Source: Candidatus Omnitrophota bacterium (GTDB lineage Bacteria; Omnitrophota; Gorgyraeia; Zapsychrales; Fredricksoniimonadaceae). From it: DNA of 64,000 bases. This document shows, piece by piece, positions 16,522 through 26,127 of this stretch. The translations under genes and the position numbers were made by a program. The notes beneath the pieces are model-generated. The model was given only the letters and a program-made list of their open reading frames with translations. It was not told the origin of the DNA and searched no databases. The number at the start of each line of letters is the position of its first letter. The stretch's first letter is position 1. Location of the stretch: contig CAIOPG010000017.1 of assembly GCA_903860135.1 (NCBI GenBank), positions 75,364-139,363 on the forward strand. The letters are read 5' to 3'.

Positions 16522-19488
16522 TTATTTCCCAATATTAGTGAATCCGTTAGCGATACCTGCTCGAATGAGATTTTGAGTTTCATGAATATCCTGCACCTCA
16601 AGAAGCGCCCATTGTCCGAACCGCCCGTTGTTGTTAATCGCCGGAATCCAGTACTCACGAGCAGTCTTAACTTTTATTGTCTTCTTGTCATCCTTTTTAC
16701 CCGTAACTTCCAACAGTAAATTAAGAATACCCTTGTCAGGCATTTCAAGCTTCACTAGGAAGTCCGGAACGTATTGCCTTCCGACTCCTTGATATTCATA
16801 AGGTATCGAGAACCCAAGGTTCTGATTCTTTACATATGTTAAGACTTCATTCATCTGCTCCAACTTCTTGGCAACACCTTGCTCCCACTCCTCCGTATCA
16901 GCGACAACATAGTTCACATGGCTTTTAATTGTCTCCTGCACTGGGCGCGTCGTTAAAAAGTCTACATAACGTGTTGACCCAATGGTGTCATAAGGCGCTA
17001 AGATCGGCAGAATTTTACGATCTTTCTGGCTGGAGATATTATCTGCAACTATCGCCTGATGAATCTTGGTAAGAGCTCCACGATAATATTCGCCAATAGT
17101 TAAATAGCCGATGATCATACGGTCTTTCAGCACAACATGCTTCTTAACATACTCTTCCGCAATCCTCTTAAGCTGAGGCCCAAGCCAATACTTTTCTGAA
17201 CCATCTGCATCCTTGAAGTATGTCTTCAAAAGGCCTTCCATCAAACGGATGATGACCTCACCCTCACGACGATCTTTGATCTTCTGAAGATTCTCTGTCA
17301 CACCCTCGCCGATAATACCATCGAGTTCCACCTCAGTAGGCTCGTTCTCAATAATCGTCTTAGATTCTTCTGTAAAGTTAGCAGCCAGTTTCGTTTCGTT
17401 GAGTTCATAACGATAACCCTCAACTCGCGGATAAGTGATCTCATACTTCTCGCGCTCTGGTAAAGACTTAACGCGGTGAATGACTTTAGGTTCTTGTGGC
17501 CCGGCATCCCCTTCAACACGTAAGAAACTAAACGGCACACCATAAACTTCCGCGTACTCAGGGGCAAGTAATCCTGTTGCCTCATCGATATGATAGTCAA
17601 TCCTTCGCAAAGCACGACCAACAACTTGCTCACAAAGAAGCTGCGTCGAGAAAGCGCGTACGCCTAAAATATGCGTTACCGTGTTCACATCCCAACCTTC
17701 AGTAAGCATCGACACGCTAACAACACACTTGATGCTCTCTCCCAGCTTCTCAGGTTTGCCAACGGTGTTCATGACCTCACGCAGCAACTGCTCATCCGTT
17801 GGGTCTTCTCTGCCGGGGAATCTCTTTCGATATTCTTTATGAAAATCGTCGATCTCTTTAGTGAAGATCTTTTTAAAGTCGTCATTGATCTTCTCACCGC
17901 TTTCGATCTGCGCACTATCAATCAACAGCGTGTTAGGCCGCTCAAGAAACCTGACGCCATCTTCATTACGAAAGATATCTAAATGACCCTTTTCAATCAG
18001 CAGCTTCCCACTTGGCGTCTCATGCTCAAAGCCAGCAATCCAACGGTAAACCATTTCGGAAACAGTTGTGTTGTTACAGACCACGATCATCACGGGTGGC
18101 ATAACCGCCGGATTCGTTTTTCGGTGTTTTTCATACACCGCATGATATTTTTCATAACTACCGTAAAGAGATTCTAATGCCTCTTCGAGCGTCTTCGGCA
18201 AGGCAATGGATGTTAAATCATACTGACCTGTTCGCATTCCCCTTTTCGGCAAATCATCCCGAACATGCAACCAAAGGTTACGAAATTCAGGTTCATCATC
18301 TTTCGTGATGTTGTCCGACTTCACAGGCAAGCGAGGAATCTTGACCACGCCACATTCAAGAGCATCAAGTAATGAGAAATCAGAGATCACCCAAGGGAAA
18401 AGTGTTCCTTCCTGATACCCGGAACCACGCAAGAAATACGGTGTCGCTGACAAATCAATAACCGCATTAATATTAATCTTCTGCGCCAATGCCTCTATCC
18501 CGCTAATCCACACACGGGCAGCCTCATTGTTTTCATCTGCCTCTTTGCGATCCTCCCCGGAAAGCTTGTCTTCAGTAGCTTTCTCCCGATAACAATGATG
18601 CGCCTCGTCGTTGATAACAATGATTCTTGGTTTGCTCAAAAGCCCCTTAAAAACACGATTCACCATTGCCGCCGGTGTCTCTTTAATAGCAGACTCCTTG
18701 ATTAACCCCGTGGCCTTGATGACCGCGCCTAAAGAAAACCTTGAGTTTTGCCGTAGCTCCAACTGATGGTAATTTGTGATAAAAACATGGGCCGCTTGCA
18801 ATAGCTCAAGGTCTTGATGTGACACAATATCACGCTGAGTGTAATAATTTTGAGGGTCATTCGGCAATAACACATTCAAGCGATCTCTGATCGTGATGCC
18901 TGGGGTAATCAGAACGAAAGCATCTGTAAAGCGGGTATCCATTGGGTAACGGATCTTGTTCAAAGTATTGTACGCTATGATCATTCCCATAACAACGGTT
19001 TTACCTGAGCCGGTAGCCATCTTCAAAGCAATACGATAAAGACCGGGGTTGGATTCATGCCCAGCCTTCTTCAGCTCATTAATAATCCAACTCTCGCCAC
19101 TCTTCTCTGCAACCTCATTGACGTACATCAATGTTTCAAGTGCTTCGATCTGACAAAAAAACAACTTGTTATCGCGGTTCTCATCTTTCCAGTAATAAAG
19201 CAAATCGCGGGAAGTTTTGGTCAAGCCGGGATAATCCGCGTTTCGCCACGCGCTAACCTTCGCGCGCACCTTGTTAATGAATTCGTTCTCTTGCTGCAAT
19301 TCACTCCCGTACGCACCCTCAGCAACATTCTGTTCTTCACGCTTCTTTAATGTCTTAGCTCGGGGAACTGGAATAAAGAAACTGCTTGGACGACGGGATT
19401 CAACGATTTCATTTGAGATGCCCTTTTCATCAGACTTAAAGTGCAATGCAGACACTTTATACGGCGAATTGAGTATCGAAGATTTCAT
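16522..19488 (-). CDS. res: type III restriction enzyme Res subunit (SF2 helicase + PD-(D/E)xK nuclease)
   Basis: 988 aa; TGSGKT, VINDEAHH, SATP, EGWDV helicase motifs; C-terminal …YVPDFLVKLE…LLLEVTGK nuclease motif. Confidence 0.85.
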   Translation of the reverse strand: MKSSILNSPYKVSALHFKSDEKGISNEIVESRRPSSFFIPVPRAKTLKKREEQNVAEGAYGSELQQENEFINKVRAKVSAWRNADYPGLTKTSRDLLYYWKDENRDNKLFFCQIEALETLMYVNEVAEKSGESWIINELKKAGHESNPGLYRIALKMATGSGKTVVMGMIIAYNTLNKIRYPMDTRFTDAFVLITPGITIRDRLNVLLPNDPQNYYTQRDIVSHQDLELLQAAHVFITNYHQLELRQNSRFSLGAVIKATGLIKESAIKETPAAMVNRVFKGLLSKPRIIVINDEAHHCYREKATEDKLSGEDRKEADENNEAARVWISGIEALAQKININAVIDLSATPYFLRGSGYQEGTLFPWVISDFSLLDALECGVVKIPRLPVKSDNITKDDEPEFRNLWLHVRDDLPKRGMRTGQYDLTSIALPKTLEEALESLYGSYEKYHAVYEKHRKTNPAVMPPVMIVVCNNTTVSEMVYRWIAGFEHETPSGKLLIEKGHLDIFRNEDGVRFLERPNTLLIDSAQIESGEKINDDFKKIFTKEIDDFHKEYRKRFPGREDPTDEQLLREVMNTVGKPEKLGESIKCVVSVSMLTEGWDVNTVTHILGVRAFSTQLLCEQVVGRALRRIDYHIDEATGLLAPEYAEVYGVPFSFLRVEGDAGPQEPKVIHRVKSLPEREKYEITYPRVEGYRYELNETKLAANFTEESKTIIENEPTEVELDGIIGEGVTENLQKIKDRREGEVIIRLMEGLLKTYFKDADGSEKYWLGPQLKRIAEEYVKKHVVLKDRMIIGYLTIGEYYRGALTKIHQAIVADNISSQKDRKILPILAPYDTIGSTRYVDFLTTRPVQETIKSHVNYVVADTEEWEQGVAKKLEQMNEVLTYVKNQNLGFSIPYEYQGVGRQYVPDFLVKLEMPDKGILNLLLEVTGKKDDKKTIKVKTAREYWIPAINNNGRFGQWALLEVQDIHETQNLIRAGIANGFTNIGK

Positions 19489-19534
19489 CCGTTAACTCCC
19501 TTAAAGTTTAGAATCCCACTATTCAAGAATGTGC

Positions 19535-19888
19535 TCATTTTAAGCTCTTCTTTTTCATCTTTTTAATACTATTTTCAATTCTTTCACGTTCTCTCTCAAT
19601 CATTCTTCTCTTCTTGAACTCTGTAAACGTCATTTTCTCGTCGCCCATAAAGACTTCGATTCTTTTGTTGGGTATTTTGTTTATTAAATGAGCTTCAGTA
19701 ATTTTAGAAACTTCTTCGTCAAATACAGAAATCCTTTTTCTTAAATCTGCAAACTGAACCATAATTTCATCATTGCTATATATTGAAATTATATGCCCAA
19801 GTCCAAGTTTCTTAGAATAAACTTTATCCGTTACTTTTAGATCATCAAATACTCTTAATACTGGTAATGAATCAAACATATTCTCCAC
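19535..19888 (-). CDS. AT-rich hypothetical protein (117 aa) immediately upstream of res
   Basis: ORF with Lys/Glu-rich C-terminus; no recognisable family; strongly A+T-rich relative to window. Confidence 0.4.
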   Translation of the reverse strand: MENMFDSLPVLRVFDDLKVTDKVYSKKLGLGHIISIYSNDEIMVQFADLRKRISVFDEEVSKITEAHLINKIPNKRIEVFMGDEKMTFTEFKKRRMIERERERIENSIKKMKKKSLK

Positions 19889-19943
19889 ACATCTGCTCCT
19901 AGCTTAATTCATAAAAATCGAACTACTCTATTTTGCTATATAC

Positions 19944-19988
19944 CCCGCCCCCGCCCATTCCCCCACACTCGCGTCGCTCGCGGAGGAG
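19944..19988. repeat. 45-bp inverted repeat, right copy (pairs with 10036-10080)
   Basis: cgcccccgcccattcccccacactcgcgtcgctcgcggaggaggg. Confidence 0.65.
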
Positions 19989-20191
19989 GGTTTCATTTTC
20001 AGAAATTTTTATTTTTATCTTTCGTAATACCACAACCCCGCGCCAGCGTCATAAAAAACTATTCAAACCGGAGAAAGCGGGTATTCCAAACGTCCTTGAA
20101 ATACCCTAACACCATAAGCTTCTGGCATGGAATGGTCAATCGAAAAAATCATCGACGCTCACTCTCCCCACACCGGGAATGCCCCGTCGAG

Positions 20192-20230
20192 CAAAAACCC
20201 CGCGCTTCTCCTGACGGAAAAACGCGGGGC
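20192..20230 (-). terminator. rho-independent terminator downstream of fba
   Basis: Minus strand GCCCCGCGtttttccgtcaggagaagCGCGGGGtttttgc. Confidence 0.55.
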
Positions 20231-20252
20231 TTTAAAAACTTGGTCGGTTGAA

Positions 20253-21263
20253 TTACACCCGGCCGGCGGAACCCAGGACTTTTTCGTTCTTCTGCTTGTA
20301 CACCTTGACCAGCGCGTCGCGCGCGGGGCCCAGGTACTTGCGCGGGTCGAATTCGCCCGGGTTCTCGGCGAAAGTCTTGCGGATCAGCGCGGTCATGGCC
20401 AGACGCCCGTCGGAATCGATGTTGATCTTGCACACGGCAGATTTCGCGGCACGGCGAAGCTGTTCCTCGGGGATCCCCACCGCGGCTTCAAGCTTGCCGC
20501 CGAACTTATTGATCATCTCGACATATTCCGTCGCCACCGAACTGGCACCGTGCAGGACGATCGCAAACCCCGGGATGCGGCGTTCGATCTCTTCGAGGAT
20601 ATCAAAACGCAATGGCGGCGGTACCAGCACGCCGGTCACAGGATCTTTGGTGCACTGCGCCGGCTTGAACTTGTAGGCGCCATGCGAGGTACCGATGGAG
20701 ATCGCCAGGGAATCAACCCCGGTCTTCTTGACGAAATCTTCAACCTGGTCCGGCTGGGTATACACCGAATGCGCCGCAACCACATCATCTTCAATGCCCG
20801 AAAGCACCCCCAGCTCCCCTTCAACGGTCACGTCGTATTTGTGCGCGAAGTCAACCACCTGGCGGGTGAGCTCCACGTTCTTGTCATAGGGGTGATGCGA
20901 CCCGTCGATCATGACCGACGAAAACCCGGACTCGATGCAGGATTTGGCCAGCTCAAAGGTGTCGCCGTGATCCAGGTGCAATGCCACCGGGATCTCCCTG
21001 AGACCTTTGGCTTGTGCGATCTCTTTCATCATCTCAACCGCCCCCTGCCCCATCCAGCGCAAGAGCGTGGCATTGGCGTATTTGCGGGCGCCCGAAGAAA
21101 CCTGAAGGATGACCGGCGAACCCGTTTCAACGCAGGCGGTGATGATCGCCTGGATCTGTTCCATGTTGTTGAAATTGTAGGCCGGAACAGCATAGCCCCC
21201 TTCAAACGCCTTGCGGAACATGTCTTTGGTGTTCGATAAACCGAGCTCTTTATAAGAAACCAT
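20253..21263 (-). CDS. fba: class II fructose-bisphosphate aldolase
   Basis: …GVDSLAISIGTSHGAYKFK… and Zn-binding histidines; 336 aa. Confidence 0.9.
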   Translation of the reverse strand: MVSYKELGLSNTKDMFRKAFEGGYAVPAYNFNNMEQIQAIITACVETGSPVILQVSSGARKYANATLLRWMGQGAVEMMKEIAQAKGLREIPVALHLDHGDTFELAKSCIESGFSSVMIDGSHHPYDKNVELTRQVVDFAHKYDVTVEGELGVLSGIEDDVVAAHSVYTQPDQVEDFVKKTGVDSLAISIGTSHGAYKFKPAQCTKDPVTGVLVPPPLRFDILEEIERRIPGFAIVLHGASSVATEYVEMINKFGGKLEAAVGIPEEQLRRAAKSAVCKINIDSDGRLAMTALIRKTFAENPGEFDPRKYLGPARDALVKVYKQKNEKVLGSAGRV

Positions 21264-21364
21264 AATCTCTCCTGTTTTTTTAATTGATTCTGTTAACCGT
21301 AGGGGCGGTTCACGAACCGCCCGTACAATATACCCAGATTACAGATACCCGACAAGCAAAAATA

Positions 21365-22579
21365 TCAATTCATGCCGTACAACGCCAAAAGCCAGGCGAT
21401 CACACCATCGCCCCAATAAAGAGCCACGATGATCCCGACAGCCAGAAACGGCCCGTACGCGATCGCCGTATCCTGACGACGCATGATCTTGACAACCCCC
21501 GGCAGAATACCAAAGAACGGGGCAACAAAAAAAGCCACCAGCGCGGCCTGCCAGCCCAGAAAAGCACCGGCCATCGCCAGCAACTTGACATCCCCCCACC
21601 CCATCACCCCGCCGGTATCGACCGCCTTGAGGATCTCGAAAATATCCTTGCGTTGCGCTTCCACGCCTGCGGGCAACTTGAGATCACCGGCGGCAGGGAC
21701 ATCTCGGAACCCCTTCTGAAGGATCCCCTGGCCGTCCACATAACCGCTGGCCTGCAACGCTTTTAATAGTCCGTCCGGAGCCTCGACCACCCCTTTAAAA
21801 TCAAACCCGGTTACAACACGTTTGCTGATAATGACCTCGCCGATCAACCCCGTCAGCCATAATGAACAGCCGCCGATGACCGCGCCTTGCAAGGCATCCG
21901 CCAAAGCAGAAAGAGAGGCCGTAAAATACGGAAAGATCCCCGTCAAATAAATCGCCATGCCCTGCAACGCCAGAAGGGCACCGCCAAGCACGAATATCTG
22001 CAGGTCTTCCTTCTCAAAAGCAATGCGTAATTTCAACAACTTAAACACATGCAAGGCCATACACGCCACAGCCATGATCACGGCCGTCTTACTGCCTGCT
22101 GACAGGATGTTGGGCAACGGCCCCTTGTGCAGGGCCGGGAAAACAGCGCTCAGCACAAATCCGGCGAACATCCCGCCCACACTGATCTCGTCGGGGATGA
22201 TACGCCATTCCAGGTCAACGCCAGAGGCCACGATGAGCGCCCCCACCAGCGTCAAGGCCGGCACCAGCGCCCATGAGAGGCCGAACACCATATATGACCA
22301 CACAAAGAAGCAAGCCGTTATCAATTCAACCGCAAAATAACGCAACGGGATCTGCTGGCGGCAAGAACGGCAGCGCCTGCCCAGGATGCAAAAACTGATG
22401 AGCGGAATATTATCGAACCAGTGGATCGGCGCCTTGCACTGCGGGCAATGCGACGAAGGAAAAACAATCGATTCATTGCGCGGCATACGGACAATGCAGA
22501 CATTCAAAAAACTGCCCAGCATGGCCCCGAGCATGAAGAAAAAGACGCGAAAGAAAATATCCATATCTGATGGCATCAT
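21365..22579 (-). CDS. pilD: prepilin peptidase (A24 family) with ~100-aa internal insertion
   Basis: N-terminal CxxC…CxxC Zn motif (CPQCKAPI…CRSCRQQI), Asp-containing TM core; start set at MMPSDMD adjacent to aroE stop. Confidence 0.7.
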   Translation of the reverse strand: MMPSDMDIFFRVFFFMLGAMLGSFLNVCIVRMPRNESIVFPSSHCPQCKAPIHWFDNIPLISFCILGRRCRSCRQQIPLRYFAVELITACFFVWSYMVFGLSWALVPALTLVGALIVASGVDLEWRIIPDEISVGGMFAGFVLSAVFPALHKGPLPNILSAGSKTAVIMAVACMALHVFKLLKLRIAFEKEDLQIFVLGGALLALQGMAIYLTGIFPYFTASLSALADALQGAVIGGCSLWLTGLIGEVIISKRVVTGFDFKGVVEAPDGLLKALQASGYVDGQGILQKGFRDVPAAGDLKLPAGVEAQRKDIFEILKAVDTGGVMGWGDVKLLAMAGAFLGWQAALVAFFVAPFFGILPGVVKIMRRQDTAIAYGPFLAVGIIVALYWGDGVIAWLLALYGMN

Positions 22580-23454
22580 GAGAGAACCTTGGGCTGGCTG
22601 GCGGTTAAGAGGGCCTCCCACATTTTGGCCTTGATCTTTTCAGGCAGTTGTATCTCGGCCCAATGCTGGAACGCAAGGACCGCCTGAAAAAAAAGCATCC
22701 TGAGCCCGTTGACCGCCCTAGCGCCCCGGCGTCGGGCCATGGCCAACAGCTTCGTTTCGGCCGGATTGTAAACCAGGTCATAGACCATCATGCCCGCATG
22801 CAGCCATTCCTCCTTGACCAGGCAGGGATCATCAGCCTTCATGCCGATCGGCGTGGCATTGATCAACAGGTCAGCCGTTTCAATGTTCAGCGCCGCGACA
22901 CTGGCCACGATCTTGACACTTGAGGTATCCATGCGTGCGGAAAGATCCCGCACCAGGGCACCCGCCCGTTGCTGATCCACATCAAAAACCCTGATCTCGC
23001 GTGGCTTTTCCGGCAACAAGCAAAGCACGCTGATCAGCGCGCGCGAGGCCCCGCCAGCGCCAAGGATCGCCACCGCACGGCCTGCAGGATTAAACCCTTC
23101 CTCAGTCAGATGGGTCATAAAGCCCGGGCCGTCGGTATTGCGTCCGATCAGCTTGCGGTCAGCGGTAATAACAACCGTATTCACAGCCCCGACCTTGGTC
23201 GCAAAAGGATCGAGCGCATCGAGGAAAGGGATCACATTTTCCTTGTGGGGAACAGTCACATTGAGCCCGAAAATATGGCTTTCTTTTGCCTTTAACGCCG
23301 TGAAGAAGTCAGCCAACGCTTCCTGTTCCATGGGAAAAAGTTCATACACCGCATCCACCTCGAGCGCGGCCAACGCCGTGTTATGGATCACCGGCGATAA
23401 ACTGTGCCCCAAGGGATACCCCACCAGACCGTATGTTGTTCTCATCATTGTCAT
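22576..23454 (-). CDS. aroE: shikimate dehydrogenase
   Basis: …LVGYPLGHSLSPVIHN… AroE N-terminal signature; 292 aa. Confidence 0.85.
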   Translation of the reverse strand: MTMMRTTYGLVGYPLGHSLSPVIHNTALAALEVDAVYELFPMEQEALADFFTALKAKESHIFGLNVTVPHKENVIPFLDALDPFATKVGAVNTVVITADRKLIGRNTDGPGFMTHLTEEGFNPAGRAVAILGAGGASRALISVLCLLPEKPREIRVFDVDQQRAGALVRDLSARMDTSSVKIVASVAALNIETADLLINATPIGMKADDPCLVKEEWLHAGMMVYDLVYNPAETKLLAMARRRGARAVNGLRMLFFQAVLAFQHWAEIQLPEKIKAKMWEALLTASQPKVLS

Positions 23455-23463
23455 CCTTACATC

Positions 23464-25032
23464 CTATGGCTGAAGGCCAAAATCGATTTTACTTGCCCCT
23501 GATTTCTTGCCCGTAACAGCCAGGCAAGCTTTATTGACCGCATTAAGGTACGCCTTGACCGAAGCCTCGATCACATCCGTCGACGCGCCAAGCCCTGTAA
23601 CTTTATTCCCGTCAAAATTGACCCGCACACGGACCTCGCCCAGGGCATCCTGCCCCTCGGTAACAGACTGAATACTATAATTGAGCAGGTTACCTTTCAT
23701 CCGGGTGATCGCGTCAATGGCCACATAACAGGCATCGATCGGGCCATCACCGGTCGCCTTCTCTTCATGGACTTTACCCGCGGCTTTCAAGCGCACGGTC
23801 ACATCGGGTTTGATGTGCGTCCCGCTGGTCACGGCCAGGGAATCCAGGATCCATATTTCTTTGGCTTCCTGGACTTCATCCTGGACGATCGCCACCAGGT
23901 CCTCGTCGAACACTTCTTTCTTCTTGTCGCACAGGTCCTTGAAGCGCTCAAACGCACGCACCAGTTCTTCGTCCGACAATTCCATGCCCAACTGCTTCAA
24001 CCGGGATTTGAGCGCATGCCGCCCGGAATGTTTGCCCAATACCAGCCCCGTGCCCGAGCACCCGACATCTTCCGGGCGCATGATCTCGTAGGTCGTCGGC
24101 TCTTTCAGCATCCCGTCCTGATGGATCCCTGATTCATGACGGAACGCATTGCCGCCAACGATCGCCTTGTTGGGGGACACCACAAACCCGGTGAATTTAC
24201 TGACCAGGCGCGACACCCGTGTGATCTCGGCAGTATGGATCGCCGTCGCAACGCCAAAATAATCACTGCGCGTGCGCAAGGCCATCACCACCTCTTCCAT
24301 GGCCGCATTGCCCGCGCGCTCGCCGATCCCGTTGATGGTGCATTCCACCTGACGCGCCCCGGCCTTGACCGCCGCCAATGAATTGGCCACCGCCAGTCCG
24401 AGGTCATTATGGCAATGAACAGAAATAACCGCCTTATTAATATTGGGCACATGCGCACGGATATCCGTGATCAATTGGCCATACGGCTCGGGCATCGCAT
24501 ACCCGACCGTATCCGGGATATTGACCGTCCTGGCACCGGCTTTAATGACCGCTTCGAGGACACGGTATAAAAAAACCTTGTCACTGCGCGACGCATCTTC
24601 GGGCGAGAACTCGACATCATCAGTTTTCTGACGCGCATACTTGACCGCGTCAACCGCCATCTGCACGATCTCGTCGGGCGTCTTTTTGAGCTTATACTCC
24701 AGATGGATCTTCGAGGTAGCCAAGAAAATATGGATACGCGGCCGCTTGGCCGTCTTCAAGGCTTCGGCCGCGGCCTCAATATCCTTCTTCACCGCGCGCG
24801 CCAGGCCAGCCACGGCCGATGACCGTATCTTTTTAGCCACCATCTGCACCGATTCAAAGTCCCCTTTGGAAATAACAGGGAACCCGGCCTCGATGATATC
24901 GACCCCCAAACGTTCAAGCGCCAGCGCCACTTCCAGCTTTTCGCGCTGGTTCATGCTGGCCCCCGGCGCCTGCTCCCCGTCGCGCAACGTGGTGTCGAAT
25001 ATCAATACCTTATCTTGTTTGTTCATACCCAT
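23464..25032 (-). CDS. 2-isopropylmalate synthase / (R)-citramalate synthase family enzyme
   Basis: …IFDTTLRDGEQAPG… HMGL-like domain plus LeuA dimerisation C-terminus; 522 aa. Confidence 0.85.
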   Translation of the reverse strand: MGMNKQDKVLIFDTTLRDGEQAPGASMNQREKLEVALALERLGVDIIEAGFPVISKGDFESVQMVAKKIRSSAVAGLARAVKKDIEAAAEALKTAKRPRIHIFLATSKIHLEYKLKKTPDEIVQMAVDAVKYARQKTDDVEFSPEDASRSDKVFLYRVLEAVIKAGARTVNIPDTVGYAMPEPYGQLITDIRAHVPNINKAVISVHCHNDLGLAVANSLAAVKAGARQVECTINGIGERAGNAAMEEVVMALRTRSDYFGVATAIHTAEITRVSRLVSKFTGFVVSPNKAIVGGNAFRHESGIHQDGMLKEPTTYEIMRPEDVGCSGTGLVLGKHSGRHALKSRLKQLGMELSDEELVRAFERFKDLCDKKKEVFDEDLVAIVQDEVQEAKEIWILDSLAVTSGTHIKPDVTVRLKAAGKVHEEKATGDGPIDACYVAIDAITRMKGNLLNYSIQSVTEGQDALGEVRVRVNFDGNKVTGLGASTDVIEASVKAYLNAVNKACLAVTGKKSGASKIDFGLQP

Positions 25033-25108
25033 CGTCTTTCTTCATCAAATTAAAAGGACGCATGCTTGGCGGCATGCGTCCTTTGGTTATAAGCATCAAT
25101 GGCACGCC

Positions 25109-26101
25109 TTATTTTTTGATCCAGGACATCATCCCTCTAAGTCGCTTTCCTACCTCTTCGATCTGGTGCTTGTCCTGGTCTTCACGCATCTTTAAGAAGC
25201 CGGCACGGCCTTTCTTGTTCGCTTTCATCCATTCACGGGCGAACTTCCCGCTCTGGATCTCGGCGAGGATCTTCTTCATTTCCTTGCGGGTACGGTCCGT
25301 AACCACGCGCGGCCCGCGGGTATAATCCCCGTATTCCGCAGTATCAGAAACGCGCTTGCGCATCCCGGCAATACCTTCTTCAAAAATAATATCCACAATG
25401 AGCTTCAGCTCATGCAGGCACTCGAAATACGCCATTTCAGGCGCATAGCCCGCTTCAACCAAGGTATCAAAACCCGCCTTGATGAGTTCACTCGTGCCGC
25501 CGCAAAGGACAGCCTGCTCGCCAAAAAGATCCGTCTCGGTCTCTTCTTTGAACGTGGTCTCAAAAACACCCGCGCGTGTCCCGCCCAAACCTTTGGCATA
25601 CGCCAAGGCCTGCTCCAGCGCATGGCCGGACGCATCCTGATGAATGGCCACCAGGCACGGCACGCCCTTGCCCTCTTCATACTGACGACGGACAAAAGAA
25701 CCAGGCCCCTTGGGCGCGATCATCCACACATCGACCTCGGCCGACGGCTTGATGAACCCAAAATGCACATTAAACCCATGCGAGAAAACCAGCGCCTTAC
25801 CGGGCTTCAAATGACGGCGCACCTGCTTCTTGTAAATTTCTGCCTGCAAATGATCCTGGGTCAGGATCACGATGATATCCGCCTTCTGCGCGGCTTTGCC
25901 CGCATCCACAGGTTTGAACCCGTCTTCAACCGCCTTCTGATAGTTAGGCCCGCCTTCACGCTGGCCGATGATCACGTTCAACCCGCTGTCGCGCAGGTTA
26001 AGCGCCTGCCCGCGGCCTTGAATGCCATAACCGATGATCGCAATGGTCTTATCCTTAAGAACGTTCAGGTCCGCGTCCTTCTCATAATAAATCTTGGGCA
26101 T
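25109..26101 (-). CDS. ilvC: ketol-acid reductoisomerase
   Basis: …[21 protein letters not shown]… NADP-binding motif; 330 aa. Confidence 0.9.
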   Translation of the reverse strand: MPKIYYEKDADLNVLKDKTIAIIGYGIQGRGQALNLRDSGLNVIIGQREGGPNYQKAVEDGFKPVDAGKAAQKADIIVILTQDHLQAEIYKKQVRRHLKPGKALVFSHGFNVHFGFIKPSAEVDVWMIAPKGPGSFVRRQYEEGKGVPCLVAIHQDASGHALEQALAYAKGLGGTRAGVFETTFKEETETDLFGEQAVLCGGTSELIKAGFDTLVEAGYAPEMAYFECLHELKLIVDIIFEEGIAGMRKRVSDTAEYGDYTRGPRVVTDRTRKEMKKILAEIQSGKFAREWMKANKKGRAGFLKMREDQDKHQIEEVGKRLRGMMSWIKK

Positions 26102-26127
26102 TTCAGTTTCCTTTTTTTATTTTTGCA

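Noticed and set aside
6100-20000. CRISPR array
   Set aside because: No regularly spaced short direct repeats were found anywhere in the window. The island repeats are 45-140 bp, irregularly spaced and separated by genes.
20127-21239. 370-aa plus-strand ORF overlapping fba
   Set aside because: Arg/Gly/His-rich antisense translation of a bona fide class II aldolase gene.
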